From positions 24,638 to 88,637 of the forward strand of contig JBGATK010000003.1 in NCBI GenBank assembly GCA_044229265.1: a stretch of DNA of 64,000 nt, read 5' to 3'. Positions within the stretch are counted from its first letter, which is position 1; each line of letters begins with the position of its first letter. This document shows, piece after piece, positions 50,421-60,278 of the stretch. The notes under the pieces were generated by a model. It saw only the letters and a list, made by a program, of their open reading frames with translations, did not search any database and was not told the DNA's origin. The translations under genes were made by a program, and so were the position numbers. Source of the stretch: Minisyncoccia bacterium. Its GTDB lineage: Bacteria > Patescibacteriota > Minisyncoccia > Phycocordibacterales > UBA9973.

Positions 50421-52322
50421 ATGCAAAAAACTCATACAGGAACACTATTTTTAACCTCCGGTGGCCGAGGCTTTGTAGCACTAGAAGGCCACGAAGAAGA
50501 CATCGAGATAGACAAAGCTCATTTAAACACTGCCCTTCATGGCGATAGTGTAGAAATTTTCTTACATAAAAAAAATGTCGGCAGGCAAACAGGTGAAATT
50601 GTAAAAATTTTAAAAAGAAGTAAGATCGGTTTTGCTGGAGTTTTAGAAAAAGGAGGTGCAGAATTCTTTGTTGTGCCGGACGATACTAAAATGTATGCCG
50701 ATATTTTTATTCCCAAAAAACACCTTGGCGAGGCTAAAGCTGGCCAAAAAGTATTTTGTGAAATTACATATTGGAATGATACACGTAAAAATCCAGAAGG
50801 AAAAATTACCAAAATATTTGGTAAACCAGGAAATAATGACGCCGAGATGCATGCCATAGCCATGGAACGTGGTTTCGATGAAAAGTTAGAACATAAAACC
50901 GAAAAAGAAGCAGAAAAGATAAAAAAACATGGTATTACCGAAAAAGATTACGAAGACAGGCGGGACTTTCGCAAAACTCTAACCTTTACCATAGACCCAA
51001 TAGATGCCAAAGATTTCGACGACGCTATTTCATTTAAAGAACTAGGTGCCGGACTTTATGAAATAGGTATACATATTGCTGATGTATCGCATTATGTCCG
51101 TCCTGGAAACGATATAGATAAAGAAGCAGAAAAAAGGGCGACCAGTGTATACCTGGTCGACCGCACCATACCTATGCTTCCAGAAATTCTCTCAAATGAT
51201 TTATGTTCACTCGTGCCAAACAAAGACCGCCTGACTGTATCGGCTGTATTTATTATGGATGAAAATGCAAATGTAAAAGAAGAATGGTTTGGTAGAACTG
51301 TAATTCATTCACAAAAAAGATTTACTTATGAAGAAGCTGAAGTTTCAATAAAACAAAAAGAAAAATTTTTACATCACGAACTAACTATATTAAATAAAAT
51401 AGCAAAAAAATTAAATCTTTACCGTGTAGAGAATGGTGCATTAATTTTGGAACAAGAAGAAGTAAAATTTATATTAAATGACAAAGGTCAGCCTATCAAA
51501 ATCATCAAAAAAGTCCGTGGTGATTCGAATAAAATGATAGAGGAACTCATGCTTCTAGCGAATCGCAAGGTAGCGGAATTTTTAGGGAAAAAAACCAAGG
51601 AAAAAAATGTTTTTGTATATCGAATTCATGATGCTCCAACCAAAGAAAAAACTGAAGACTTGGTTTATTTCTTAAAAAGTTTAGGCCACAAAGTCCGCAC
51701 AGTAAATAATGTAATTCCTCCAATTGAAATAAATAAAATTTTAAAGAGTCTAGAAGGTAAAAGTGAAATAGATGCAGTATCGAGAGCTGTAATAAGGTCT
51801 CAAGCTAAAGCCATATACTCTACTCAAAATATCGGTCACTTTGGACTCGGATTCGAGCATTACACACACTTTACCTCACCTATTCGGCGTTATCCGGACA
51901 TAGTTGCACACAGAATACTTCTCGATTATTTAGTTGGCAAAAAAATAGGGCCAGATAAAATTCATATATTTGAAAGTATCTCACGCGCAAGTAGCGATCA
52001 AGAAAAACGCGCGCAAGATGCCGAACGCGCAAGCATAAAATATAAACAAGTCGAATACATGAGTGTCCGAAAAGGAAAAACTTTCGAAGGTATTATAAGC
52101 GGAGTTTCCGAGTGGGGTATATATATCGAGGAAGTAGAAACCAAATCCGAAGGCATGTGTAGAGCTCGTGATATGAAAGATGATTATTACATACTGGACG
52201 AGAAAAAAATGCAATTTGTCGGAGAGAAAAAGAAAAAGGTTTATCGTCTAGGTGATCGTGTTAAAATGAAAGTGCACAATGTAGACCTAGAGAAAAAAAC
52301 TATAGACTACATTTTGGTTTAA
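50421..52322 (+). CDS. rnr: ribonuclease R
   Basis: TIDPIDAKDFDDA, HFTSPIRRYPD, S1 domain. Confidence 0.96.
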   Translation: MQKTHTGTLFLTSGGRGFVALEGHEEDIEIDKAHLNTALHGDSVEIFLHKKNVGRQTGEIVKILKRSKIGFAGVLEKGGAEFFVVPDDTKMYADIFIPKKHLGEAKAGQKVFCEITYWNDTRKNPEGKITKIFGKPGNNDAEMHAIAMERGFDEKLEHKTEKEAEKIKKHGITEKDYEDRRDFRKTLTFTIDPIDAKDFDDAISFKELGAGLYEIGIHIADVSHYVRPGNDIDKEAEKRATSVYLVDRTIPMLPEILSNDLCSLVPNKDRLTVSAVFIMDENANVKEEWFGRTVIHSQKRFTYEEAEVSIKQKEKFLHHELTILNKIAKKLNLYRVENGALILEQEEVKFILNDKGQPIKIIKKVRGDSNKMIEELMLLANRKVAEFLGKKTKEKNVFVYRIHDAPTKEKTEDLVYFLKSLGHKVRTVNNVIPPIEINKILKSLEGKSEIDAVSRAVIRSQAKAIYSTQNIGHFGLGFEHYTHFTSPIRRYPDIVAHRILLDYLVGKKIGPDKIHIFESISRASSDQEKRAQDAERASIKYKQVEYMSVRKGKTFEGIISGVSEWGIYIEEVETKSEGMCRARDMKDDYYILDEKKMQFVGEKKKKVYRLGDRVKMKVHNVDLEKKTIDYILV

Positions 52323-54232
52323 TGTATATTTATTCAAAAAAACAAAAATTATTTTTTACATTTTTAATCTTAATGGCTGGTTTTTTATTACCTGCATTAT
52401 TTTCTTATTTCGCAAATAGTAGAGAAATATCTATTCTAACTCAAGATAAAAATAATCGACAGGAAGCGAGCGTGAATCAAAGTTTAAACAGAACGGAAGT
52501 AGAAGAAATTCCAAAATATTATTATTCTAATAAAGATTGGGATAAGAAAATAAAAGTTTCTGCCAAAAGCTATATCGTGGGAGATCTAAAAACTGGTGAG
52601 ATTATTTTAGGTAAAAATGAAACCACTGTTTACCCTATTGCTTCAGTTTCCAAATTAATGACTGCAGTAGTTGCCGATGAAATATCAAAGGGTGATGAAA
52701 CAGTCAAAGTTAGCCGTCGTGCACTAAACACTCCTGGAGAAAATGGTAATTTGAAAATAAATGAAAAAATAAAAATCGGAGATTTGTATTACCCGCTACT
52801 ACTTGAATCATCAAATGATGCGTCCGAAATTTTCGCAGAAAATTTCGGACGCGAAAGTTTCCTGTCCAAGATGAATTTACAAGCTCAAAAAATAAAAATG
52901 TCATCTACTCATTTCGATGACCCAAGCGGACTTTCAAGTGCCAACACTTCTTCAGCTGAAGATATTTTTAAACTAACAGGTTATGTTTATCAAAATAAAC
53001 CAGCTATCCTAAAAATAACCACAAAAAAAAGTTACAATAATAAAAAACATGCTTGGTATTCAAACAACCAATTTTTACGTGAACCTTATTATACTGGAGG
53101 CAAAAGCGGAACTTCCCCTTTTGCCAAACAAGCTGTAGTTTCTACTTTTAATTTACCACTAGGTCAAAATATAAATAGACCGATAGGCATTGTTCTCCTG
53201 CAAAGCACAGATAGGTATCGTGATGTGAAAACTATTCTTCAATATTTAAATAAAAATATATATTTTGGAGGACCTGCGGATGCCGAGGCTGATTGGATAA
53301 AAGAACGCTTAAATCTGCCCGACATTCGTGAGCCAGATTTTCTAACCTTAGTATTTGGTGGTGATATTATGCTGGATCGTGGAGTAAAAAATTCAGTAAT
53401 TAAAAATTTCAACAATGACTATTCTTACCTTTTCGATAAATTAAATATAATTCGTGAATCCGACATAGCTTTTGCAAATTTAGAAGGCCCAGCTTCGGAC
53501 AAAGGCTCTGACTCTGGTAATTTATATTCATTCCGCATGGCTCCTGAAACCATCCCTGCCCTCAAATCTGCCGGCTTCTCAGTCCTTTCTGTAGCAAATA
53601 ATCATGTCGGTGATTTCGGTCGCATAGCCTATGCTGATACACTTACTCGCCTAGCTGAAAATGAAATAGCTTATACCGGAGGAGGTATTTTAGACACTGT
53701 AAAAAATCCAACTATTATAGAAAAATATGGTTTTAAAATTGGCTTTCTTGGTTTTACTGATGTAGGTCCAGAGAATATGAAAGCCGAAGAACAGAATGAA
53801 GGTGTATTACTAGCTAGTGATCCAGATTATGAAAAGATAATTGCTAATGCGGGAAGACAGGTAGATTATTTAATAGTATCAATTCACTTTGGTACGGAAT
53901 ACACAAAAGTTCATAATAAACGCCAAGAAAATCTAGCACATACAGCCATAGACAATGGAGCAAAATTCGTAATTGGCCACCACCCACACGTAGTTCAAGA
54001 TACTGAAGTTTATAAAAATGGCTTCATCGCCTACTCACTGGGAAATCTAATTTTTGACCAAAATTTCAGTGCCGACACAATGGCTGGAATGCTCCTTAAG
54101 ATAAAACTCGCTCGTGATGGAACCTTCTCTATCCAAAAAAATACCGTCAAATTAAACAAAGTTTTCCAACCAGAAAAAATAATCCTGGGCAAAGAAGAAA
54201 AAATAAAAATTAAACCAGAAAAAACTCAATAA
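52322..54232 (+). CDS. D-Ala-D-Ala carboxypeptidase (S11) fused to a CapA/PGA_cap metallophosphatase-like domain
   Basis: ASVSK, SSND and KSG motifs, then GDIML, NLEG, ANNH, GHHPH, YSLGN. Confidence 0.9.
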   Translation: MYIYSKKQKLFFTFLILMAGFLLPALFSYFANSREISILTQDKNNRQEASVNQSLNRTEVEEIPKYYYSNKDWDKKIKVSAKSYIVGDLKTGEIILGKNETTVYPIASVSKLMTAVVADEISKGDETVKVSRRALNTPGENGNLKINEKIKIGDLYYPLLLESSNDASEIFAENFGRESFLSKMNLQAQKIKMSSTHFDDPSGLSSANTSSAEDIFKLTGYVYQNKPAILKITTKKSYNNKKHAWYSNNQFLREPYYTGGKSGTSPFAKQAVVSTFNLPLGQNINRPIGIVLLQSTDRYRDVKTILQYLNKNIYFGGPADAEADWIKERLNLPDIREPDFLTLVFGGDIMLDRGVKNSVIKNFNNDYSYLFDKLNIIRESDIAFANLEGPASDKGSDSGNLYSFRMAPETIPALKSAGFSVLSVANNHVGDFGRIAYADTLTRLAENEIAYTGGGILDTVKNPTIIEKYGFKIGFLGFTDVGPENMKAEEQNEGVLLASDPDYEKIIANAGRQVDYLIVSIHFGTEYTKVHNKRQENLAHTAIDNGAKFVIGHHPHVVQDTEVYKNGFIAYSLGNLIFDQNFSADTMAGMLLKIKLARDGTFSIQKNTVKLNKVFQPEKIILGKEEKIKIKPEKTQ

Positions 54233-54270
54233 AAAAAGTGCTCCGAGATAACTCGAAACACTCATGATCT

Positions 54271-55368
54271 TTAATAACGATAATTATCATAGGCATATAA
54301 TAAATTCTCCAAAACCTTTTCTTCGTCTTTACCCATAATATCTGAAAGACTTCTCTTTAATACCATCATCATTTTTTTATTGTCATATTCACTACCCTTT
54401 TGACGGAAAAAATTTAAAAGTGCTGTATACAAACCAGTGCTTTTAGGTATTAATGGCTTTAGGTGAATTAAATATTCTACATAAGAATTACCATTTTCTT
54501 CGTCAGACATTTGATATAAACCATCCATAAACAATTCTACAGCTTTCTTACGATTTACACCTGAGTAAGCTTGTAATAATGTAGTTAAGCTAATTTTAGT
54601 TCTATTATATACATTATTTATTTTCTTATACTCACGTATCTCGAAAGTATTCCATGTTGCAAGATATTGTTTTAGTGGCCATGTTTTTGAAATCTTATTT
54701 AAATCAGCAATAAGTCTCACTAAATCATACTTAGTAATTTCTACTCCTGGCTCAGGAGTATACAAAGTAAAACGAATAGGTAAACCTAATTTTACAAATG
54801 CTTTGAACCTATGCTGACCATCCAAAATATAATAGCGCCAAACTCCATCAATACAATTCGTATATACCACTGTCGGGAAAGAAAGAACTCCGTGTTTTTT
54901 AATAGATAAAATTAATTTATTAACATGTTTATTAATAATATTTCTATTAAAATCAAGAAAATGAAACATAGAGTAATTACTCGATATGTAAATATTTGAG
55001 TATGCTTCAAATAAATCATTTGGTTTATAAGGTGACACACCACCACTTAAAACCTCAACTCTCTTTTTATCGAAAATAATAGGTCTTTTCAAAAGGTCAG
55101 TTAATTCAATACCCATTTTCTCTCTGGTCTTATTGATTAAATCTTCAGTGAAAGATTCTTTGTGTCTGCTTATACTTTTTAAAGCATCTATGCCATTCTC
55201 TTGGACATAACCCATAATGTGAGCGACCAACAATTGACTTGAAGGGCTGGTCTTAATTTCACTTAAGCCAACGTCTAAAAAAGCAAGTGTGCTCTTTTGT
55301 AATTCTAAAAATTCGGCAGGATGATATATCGATACCTCCTTTGGAAAACCAATTAAATTAGCTGTCAT
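54271..55368 (-). CDS. ParB/Srx-like N-terminal domain protein (DGQHR)
   Basis: NRNIINKHVNKLILSI ... ILDGQHRFKA. Confidence 0.8.
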   Translation of the reverse strand: MTANLIGFPKEVSIYHPAEFLELQKSTLAFLDVGLSEIKTSPSSQLLVAHIMGYVQENGIDALKSISRHKESFTEDLINKTREKMGIELTDLLKRPIIFDKKRVEVLSGGVSPYKPNDLFEAYSNIYISSNYSMFHFLDFNRNIINKHVNKLILSIKKHGVLSFPTVVYTNCIDGVWRYYILDGQHRFKAFVKLGLPIRFTLYTPEPGVEITKYDLVRLIADLNKISKTWPLKQYLATWNTFEIREYKKINNVYNRTKISLTTLLQAYSGVNRKKAVELFMDGLYQMSDEENGNSYVEYLIHLKPLIPKSTGLYTALLNFFRQKGSEYDNKKMMMVLKRSLSDIMGKDEEKVLENLLYAYDNYRY

Positions 55369-55462
55369 AATTTTCTATTTTCAATTTGTGATTTATGTGT
55401 TATAATAAAGAAAAAATAAAATAAGTCAATACTAAACAAATTTGTTCATTAAAAACATAAAT

Positions 55463-56062
55463 ATGAAGGGCCAAAACGAAAATGTAATTTTGAATTCCAA
55501 AATCGACCTAGATGTATTAATAAAAAATGCGTACGACCAACACTACAAGGAACTTGTAAGTTGGATCATGTCTAAAACTAAAGACATAGCTTTAGCTGAA
55601 GATCTCACTCAAGAAACTTTCATTAAAGCAATTAAAGCAATTAAAGAAGGTAAATACGAAGAAGGAGGAAATATGAGAAGTTGGCTTTTTAGAGTAGGCA
55701 ACAATACTTTTGTAGATTATTACCGCAGAAATTCAAAAAAAGGGAAAAACACAATATCACTAACTGATAATAGCGCAGAGTTAGATAATTTTCTTTTTAT
55801 TTTGCCAGAAACAAATCTAAACCAGTTAGAGATAATAATACATAGTGAAAGTGAAAAGGATTTAGATATAAATAAACTATTAGAAGGTTTATCTACAGAA
55901 CAAAAAGAAGTGATAATGCTAAGGCATTTCCATAATTTTTCTTTTAAAGAAATAGCAGAATATACTGGGGAAAGTATTAATACTTGCCTAGGTAGAATGC
56001 GTTATGCTCTAAAAAACATGAGGATTCAACTTGGTTTACCAGCCGTCATCGACAACGAATGA
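55463..56062 (+). CDS. ECF-type RNA polymerase sigma factor
   Basis: AEDLTQETFIKA, SWLFRVGNN, SFKEIAEYTGESINTCLGRMRYAL. Confidence 0.93.
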   Translation: MKGQNENVILNSKIDLDVLIKNAYDQHYKELVSWIMSKTKDIALAEDLTQETFIKAIKAIKEGKYEEGGNMRSWLFRVGNNTFVDYYRRNSKKGKNTISLTDNSAELDNFLFILPETNLNQLEIIIHSESEKDLDINKLLEGLSTEQKEVIMLRHFHNFSFKEIAEYTGESINTCLGRMRYALKNMRIQLGLPAVIDNE

Positions 56063-56070
56063 TGGCTTTT

Positions 56071-58284
56071 TTATTTCGCGATAGCTGTGGCTTCTTCGAA
56101 TTTTATTGAAAGTAGTTTTGATGCTCCGTCGACGCCGATGGTTACGCCATAAATTACACCGGCACGACTCATAGTCTCACGATTGTGAGTAACTACGATC
56201 AGCTGAGAATGCTTAGAAAGCTTTTCGAGCATATCACCATACTTACGAGAATTTGCTTCGTCGAGGGCAGCATCAGTTTCATCTAATATCAAAAATGGTG
56301 GTGGATTAACCTGACTCATCGCAAATAAAAGTGCTATAGAAGTAAGAGACCTTTCGCCTCCAGAGAGAGCCTGAAGTTCTTTTACTTTTTTATGAGGCAA
56401 TGAAACATCTATCTCTATACCCTGTTCAAAAGATATTTCTTCACCCATCAATTCTTCATCGCCTTTTTTCTTTTTACTTTCTAAAATAAGTGCGAGTTTA
56501 GCACTACCACCGCCAAACATGAGTCTGAAAAATTCTTCAAATTCAACATTTATTTTTTTAATACCTTCTTTGAATTCTATTTCAACTTTTTCTTTTAAAT
56601 CAAGAATTATTTTTTCTAAAACTTCTATACTATTTTTTAAATCTTCCAGTTCACGGGCCAAGAATTTATCTCTCTCTTCCATATCTTGATATTCTTTTAG
56701 AACATCAGACCCTAAGCTTGCCCCTGCGTCTTCGAGTTTTATTTTAATACGCTCTATTTTCTTTCGTAATTCTTCTTGCAATGTACGGTCAATACTTGGA
56801 GTAGTATTATCTGCAAAATAAAGAACTTGGTGCCCTACTATAGCCACAGCTTCATGTTTTTCATTATTTAAAACTTCTATAGCACGAGAAATATTTTCTT
56901 CTTTGACACGATTAATTTCTAGATTTGAAAGAATGCTTTGCTTTACTGATTTTAATTCAAATTTATCTCGCTCTTTTTGTAAATTTATTTCTACTGTGCT
57001 CGCAATTTTATTTTGAAGTTCACGAATTTGAGCACGTAGACGTTCTTCTTCGGTGGAAATTTTATCCATTTCAAGCATTACACTACCTTGCGAATTCTTG
57101 AGCCCATTTAAAACCGAAAAATCAGAAGGTATTTTGCCTTCACCCTTTTTACCAAATTTATTTAAAATATCTTTGATATTAAAAAGAATTATTTTGACTT
57201 CTTTAAGTTCTTCTTTATCCAAAGCTGTATCTATTTCTTTATTTAGATCTGTTAAAACAGAACGAAGTTCTTCTTCCGAAAGTAATACTGTATTTTTTTC
57301 TTCCTGTGATTTTTTTTCTTCTATTTCTATAAGTGCTTCAATGCGACCGATCTTGCGTTCTAACTCATTTTTTAATCTACGTAATTCATAAATCTTATTC
57401 TCGAGAATACTAATTTCCTTTTCTTCTGAATTTTTACTTTCTTCTTCTGTCGGCAAAGAAGTAGAGCTTAAATTATGTTCTACATGTTCGAGTTCTTTTT
57501 GAAGCTTAAGCTTTTCTTCTTTTAAGATCTTACTTTCTTCTTTTAAATAAAAATCTTCTTTCTTAAAATATTCTTTATATAATTCTAAAAGTTCTACTCG
57601 CATTCCTTTAGCTAACTCGAATTTCTCGACTTGTTTTTTCAAGAAGTTTAAATGTGGAGCATTCTCACGACGAAGAAGTCCCACTTCTTTTATATTTTCG
57701 GAAGTACGCTCTAATTTGCGCTCACTTTCCTTTATTTTGTATTGATAAATTTTAAGACCGAGAGCTTCCTCTATCATTTCTCTCCTGTCGCGCGAAGAAG
57801 CATTCAAAATTCTGTCAGCTTCACCTTGGGAAATAATATGGTGGCCTGATGCACCTATGTGCACTGAAGCTAATAAATTATTTATATCTTTTAATCTAAC
57901 CTCAGAATTATTTAATAAGTATTTATTTAAACCATCAGTATGGACTTCACGTGCAATAGAAACAGTATCAAAATTCAAATTTACTAATTCCCCTTGTTCA
58001 TTTGCTACTTTAAAAATTTTATCTTTATTATCGAGATGAATGGCGACAGATGCACGAGAACCTTGCGAAAGTGTCTTGGAACCTTTAAAAACAAGATCAG
58101 TACCAGCTTTACCGCGCATACTTTTCATGGATTGCTCTCCGAGAACAAAACGAAAAGCTTCAACAACATTTGATTTTCCAGAACCATTTGGTCCTACAAT
58201 ACCGACTATCGAGTGTTCAAATTCTAAAGTAGTTTTTTTAGCAAAAGATTTAAAACCGTTAATTTCTAAATGTTTAAGTCGCAT
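56071..58284 (-). CDS. smc: SMC family ATPase (short form)
   Basis: GPNGSGKSN Walker A, LSGGE signature, LDETDAALD Walker B. Confidence 0.92.
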   Translation of the reverse strand: MRLKHLEINGFKSFAKKTTLEFEHSIVGIVGPNGSGKSNVVEAFRFVLGEQSMKSMRGKAGTDLVFKGSKTLSQGSRASVAIHLDNKDKIFKVANEQGELVNLNFDTVSIAREVHTDGLNKYLLNNSEVRLKDINNLLASVHIGASGHHIISQGEADRILNASSRDRREMIEEALGLKIYQYKIKESERKLERTSENIKEVGLLRRENAPHLNFLKKQVEKFELAKGMRVELLELYKEYFKKEDFYLKEESKILKEEKLKLQKELEHVEHNLSSTSLPTEEESKNSEEKEISILENKIYELRRLKNELERKIGRIEALIEIEEKKSQEEKNTVLLSEEELRSVLTDLNKEIDTALDKEELKEVKIILFNIKDILNKFGKKGEGKIPSDFSVLNGLKNSQGSVMLEMDKISTEEERLRAQIRELQNKIASTVEINLQKERDKFELKSVKQSILSNLEINRVKEENISRAIEVLNNEKHEAVAIVGHQVLYFADNTTPSIDRTLQEELRKKIERIKIKLEDAGASLGSDVLKEYQDMEERDKFLARELEDLKNSIEVLEKIILDLKEKVEIEFKEGIKKINVEFEEFFRLMFGGGSAKLALILESKKKKGDEELMGEEISFEQGIEIDVSLPHKKVKELQALSGGERSLTSIALLFAMSQVNPPPFLILDETDAALDEANSRKYGDMLEKLSKHSQLIVVTHNRETMSRAGVIYGVTIGVDGASKLLSIKFEEATAIAK

Positions 58285-58291
58285 ATAAAAA

Positions 58292-58987
58292 TTAATCTAA
58301 CCAATTTTTGACTTCTAATGCCCTGCTTGCAGCAGATTGCTCAGCTTCTTGTTTGCTTTTACCTGTACCCTTTCCTACTAATTCTGTTCCAAAATAAATA
58401 CCAACAGTAAAGTGTTTATCATGGTCTGGGCCTGATTCAGAAACAACTTTATAAGAAGGTGTAGTAGATAAATACTCTTGAGCTTTTTCTTGCACTAAAC
58501 TCTTTGCATCGCGCCAAAGTTTTTTATTTACTATTTCATCAGTATGTATAAGTAAACTCTTAGCAATAAAATCTTTTGCGTAATCATAACCGAGGTCAAG
58601 ATATACAGCTCCTACATAAGCTTCGTATGTATTTGCTAATATATATTGCCGAGCTTTACCAGTATCTTTACCTTCACCTCTTGAAAGTAGCAAGTATTCA
58701 TTCATACCGAGGGTACTTGCCACCTCAGAAATAATATTTGCATTTACGAGAGCTGAACGAATAGCAGTAAGCTCGCCTTCGTTATAAGAAGCATATTTTT
58801 CATATAAATAATCCGTAACTACGAGTTCGAGCACAGCATCACCTAGAAATTCTAAACGTTCATTGTGAGATAATTTTAAGGCTGGGTTTTCATTTATATA
58901 TGAACGGTGTATAAATGCCTGTTTTAGTAAACTTTTGTCTTTAAAAAATATTTTTGTCTGTTCTTCAAATTTTTCAAAATCTATCAT
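58292..58987 (-). CDS. rnc: ribonuclease III
   Basis: NERLEFLGDAVL plus dsRBD. Confidence 0.97.
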   Translation of the reverse strand: MIDFEKFEEQTKIFFKDKSLLKQAFIHRSYINENPALKLSHNERLEFLGDAVLELVVTDYLYEKYASYNEGELTAIRSALVNANIISEVASTLGMNEYLLLSRGEGKDTGKARQYILANTYEAYVGAVYLDLGYDYAKDFIAKSLLIHTDEIVNKKLWRDAKSLVQEKAQEYLSTTPSYKVVSESGPDHDKHFTVGIYFGTELVGKGTGKSKQEAEQSAASRALEVKNWLD

Positions 58988-58993
58988 ATATTC

Positions 58994-59932
58994 TTATTTC
59001 TTATTTATAATTTCTACGGCTTTGCCTATGAGTGGAACTATATCATTATAAATCCGCAGTTCCGGTATTTCGCGCATTTCAAACCAACGAGCGCCATCGA
59101 GTCCTCCTGTTTGTTTTAAAAGCATTTCTCGATATTCACTTTCTGCTAAATAATAAGCGACTATTCTAAGACTCTTTCCTCTCTCTGGATGTGTAGCCAC
59201 ATACTCATTCTCACCAAGCTTACAAATAATTTTAATATCTAAATTTATTTCTTCTTTTATTTTACGCATAGTGCCAACCTCTACATCCTCATCACCCTCG
59301 AGTTTCCCTTTTGAAAGTGTCCAATATCCAAACACGTCGTGCACTAAAGCAAAATAAATTTTGCCATCTTTTTTGGCATAAACCAAAGCACCACCAAGAA
59401 ATTCTTTTGGGAGTGTCGCAGGATCTACTGGTTCTTCGATCTTTTTCTTTTTACTAACTTCATCTTTACCCGGCTCACCTATTTCTTTATAAACAGCGCC
59501 TAAAACTCCGTTGATGAACTTACTAGAATTTTCTCCCCCGAAAGTTTTCGCAAGTTCAATAGACTCATTGATAGCTACCTTTGGTGGCACTTGTGTTCTG
59601 TCGCCAAAAAGAAGCTCGGTCAGTCCGATGCGTAAAATATTCCTATCAATTACTGAGATCTTGTCTATTGGCCACTCTGGAGCGGCTTTGGTAATAATCT
59701 CGTCTACAACACTTTTCTTTTTTAAAATTAAATTAGTAAGAGCTCCGACAAAATCATCATCTTCGAGTCCTGGAGCAAATTCTTCTAAATTTCTCTTTAA
59801 AGTTTCTTTTATATCTTCATCAGTCCAGCCAGTAGTATCGCTCGGATCTTTGTGCCTCGGACCCATAGGCAAAAAATCCCATTCGAAGAGAGTTTGCAAA
59901 ACTATTGATCTTGAAAGGTGCCTGTTTGCCAT
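58994..59932 (-). CDS. nusB: transcription antitermination factor NusB fused to a NUDIX-like domain
   Basis: DRNILR, VAINESIELAK, FINGVLG; C-terminal WTLSKG...IKEE. Confidence 0.92.
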   Translation of the reverse strand: MANRHLSRSIVLQTLFEWDFLPMGPRHKDPSDTTGWTDEDIKETLKRNLEEFAPGLEDDDFVGALTNLILKKKSVVDEIITKAAPEWPIDKISVIDRNILRIGLTELLFGDRTQVPPKVAINESIELAKTFGGENSSKFINGVLGAVYKEIGEPGKDEVSKKKKIEEPVDPATLPKEFLGGALVYAKKDGKIYFALVHDVFGYWTLSKGKLEGDEDVEVGTMRKIKEEINLDIKIICKLGENEYVATHPERGKSLRIVAYYLAESEYREMLLKQTGGLDGARWFEMREIPELRIYNDIVPLIGKAVEIINKK

Positions 59933-60004
59933 AAATTAACGAACGAATTGATGTAATTTATAAGCAATCCACATTTCGCGTGGATGCCATATTTTATTTG
60001 TAAA

Positions 60005-60232
60005 TTACTTTACCTCTGCTTTTTTAGCTTTTACTTTCTTTTGTTTTTTTTCGATTTTTGCTACCTTATTTATAACATTCTTGCCACGATAAAAACCGCA
60101 AGATTTACAAACTGTGTGTAATTTTTTCTTATCCCCGCAATTAGAACATTTTGCGAAGCTCACTGCCTTTAATGCATGATGTGAACGTCTGTTCTTAGTA
60201 TGCCCGGATGTATGTCTCATTCGTATAACCAT
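60005..60232 (-). CDS. rpmF: 50S ribosomal protein L32
   Basis: RRSHHAL, CSNCG...HTVCKSCGFY. Confidence 0.95.
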   Translation of the reverse strand: MVIRMRHTSGHTKNRRSHHALKAVSFAKCSNCGDKKKLHTVCKSCGFYRGKNVINKVAKIEKKQKKVKAKKAEVK

Positions 60233-60278
60233 AATAAGCTATAGTAGCATAACTATTTCAAAATGCCAAATTTATGCT

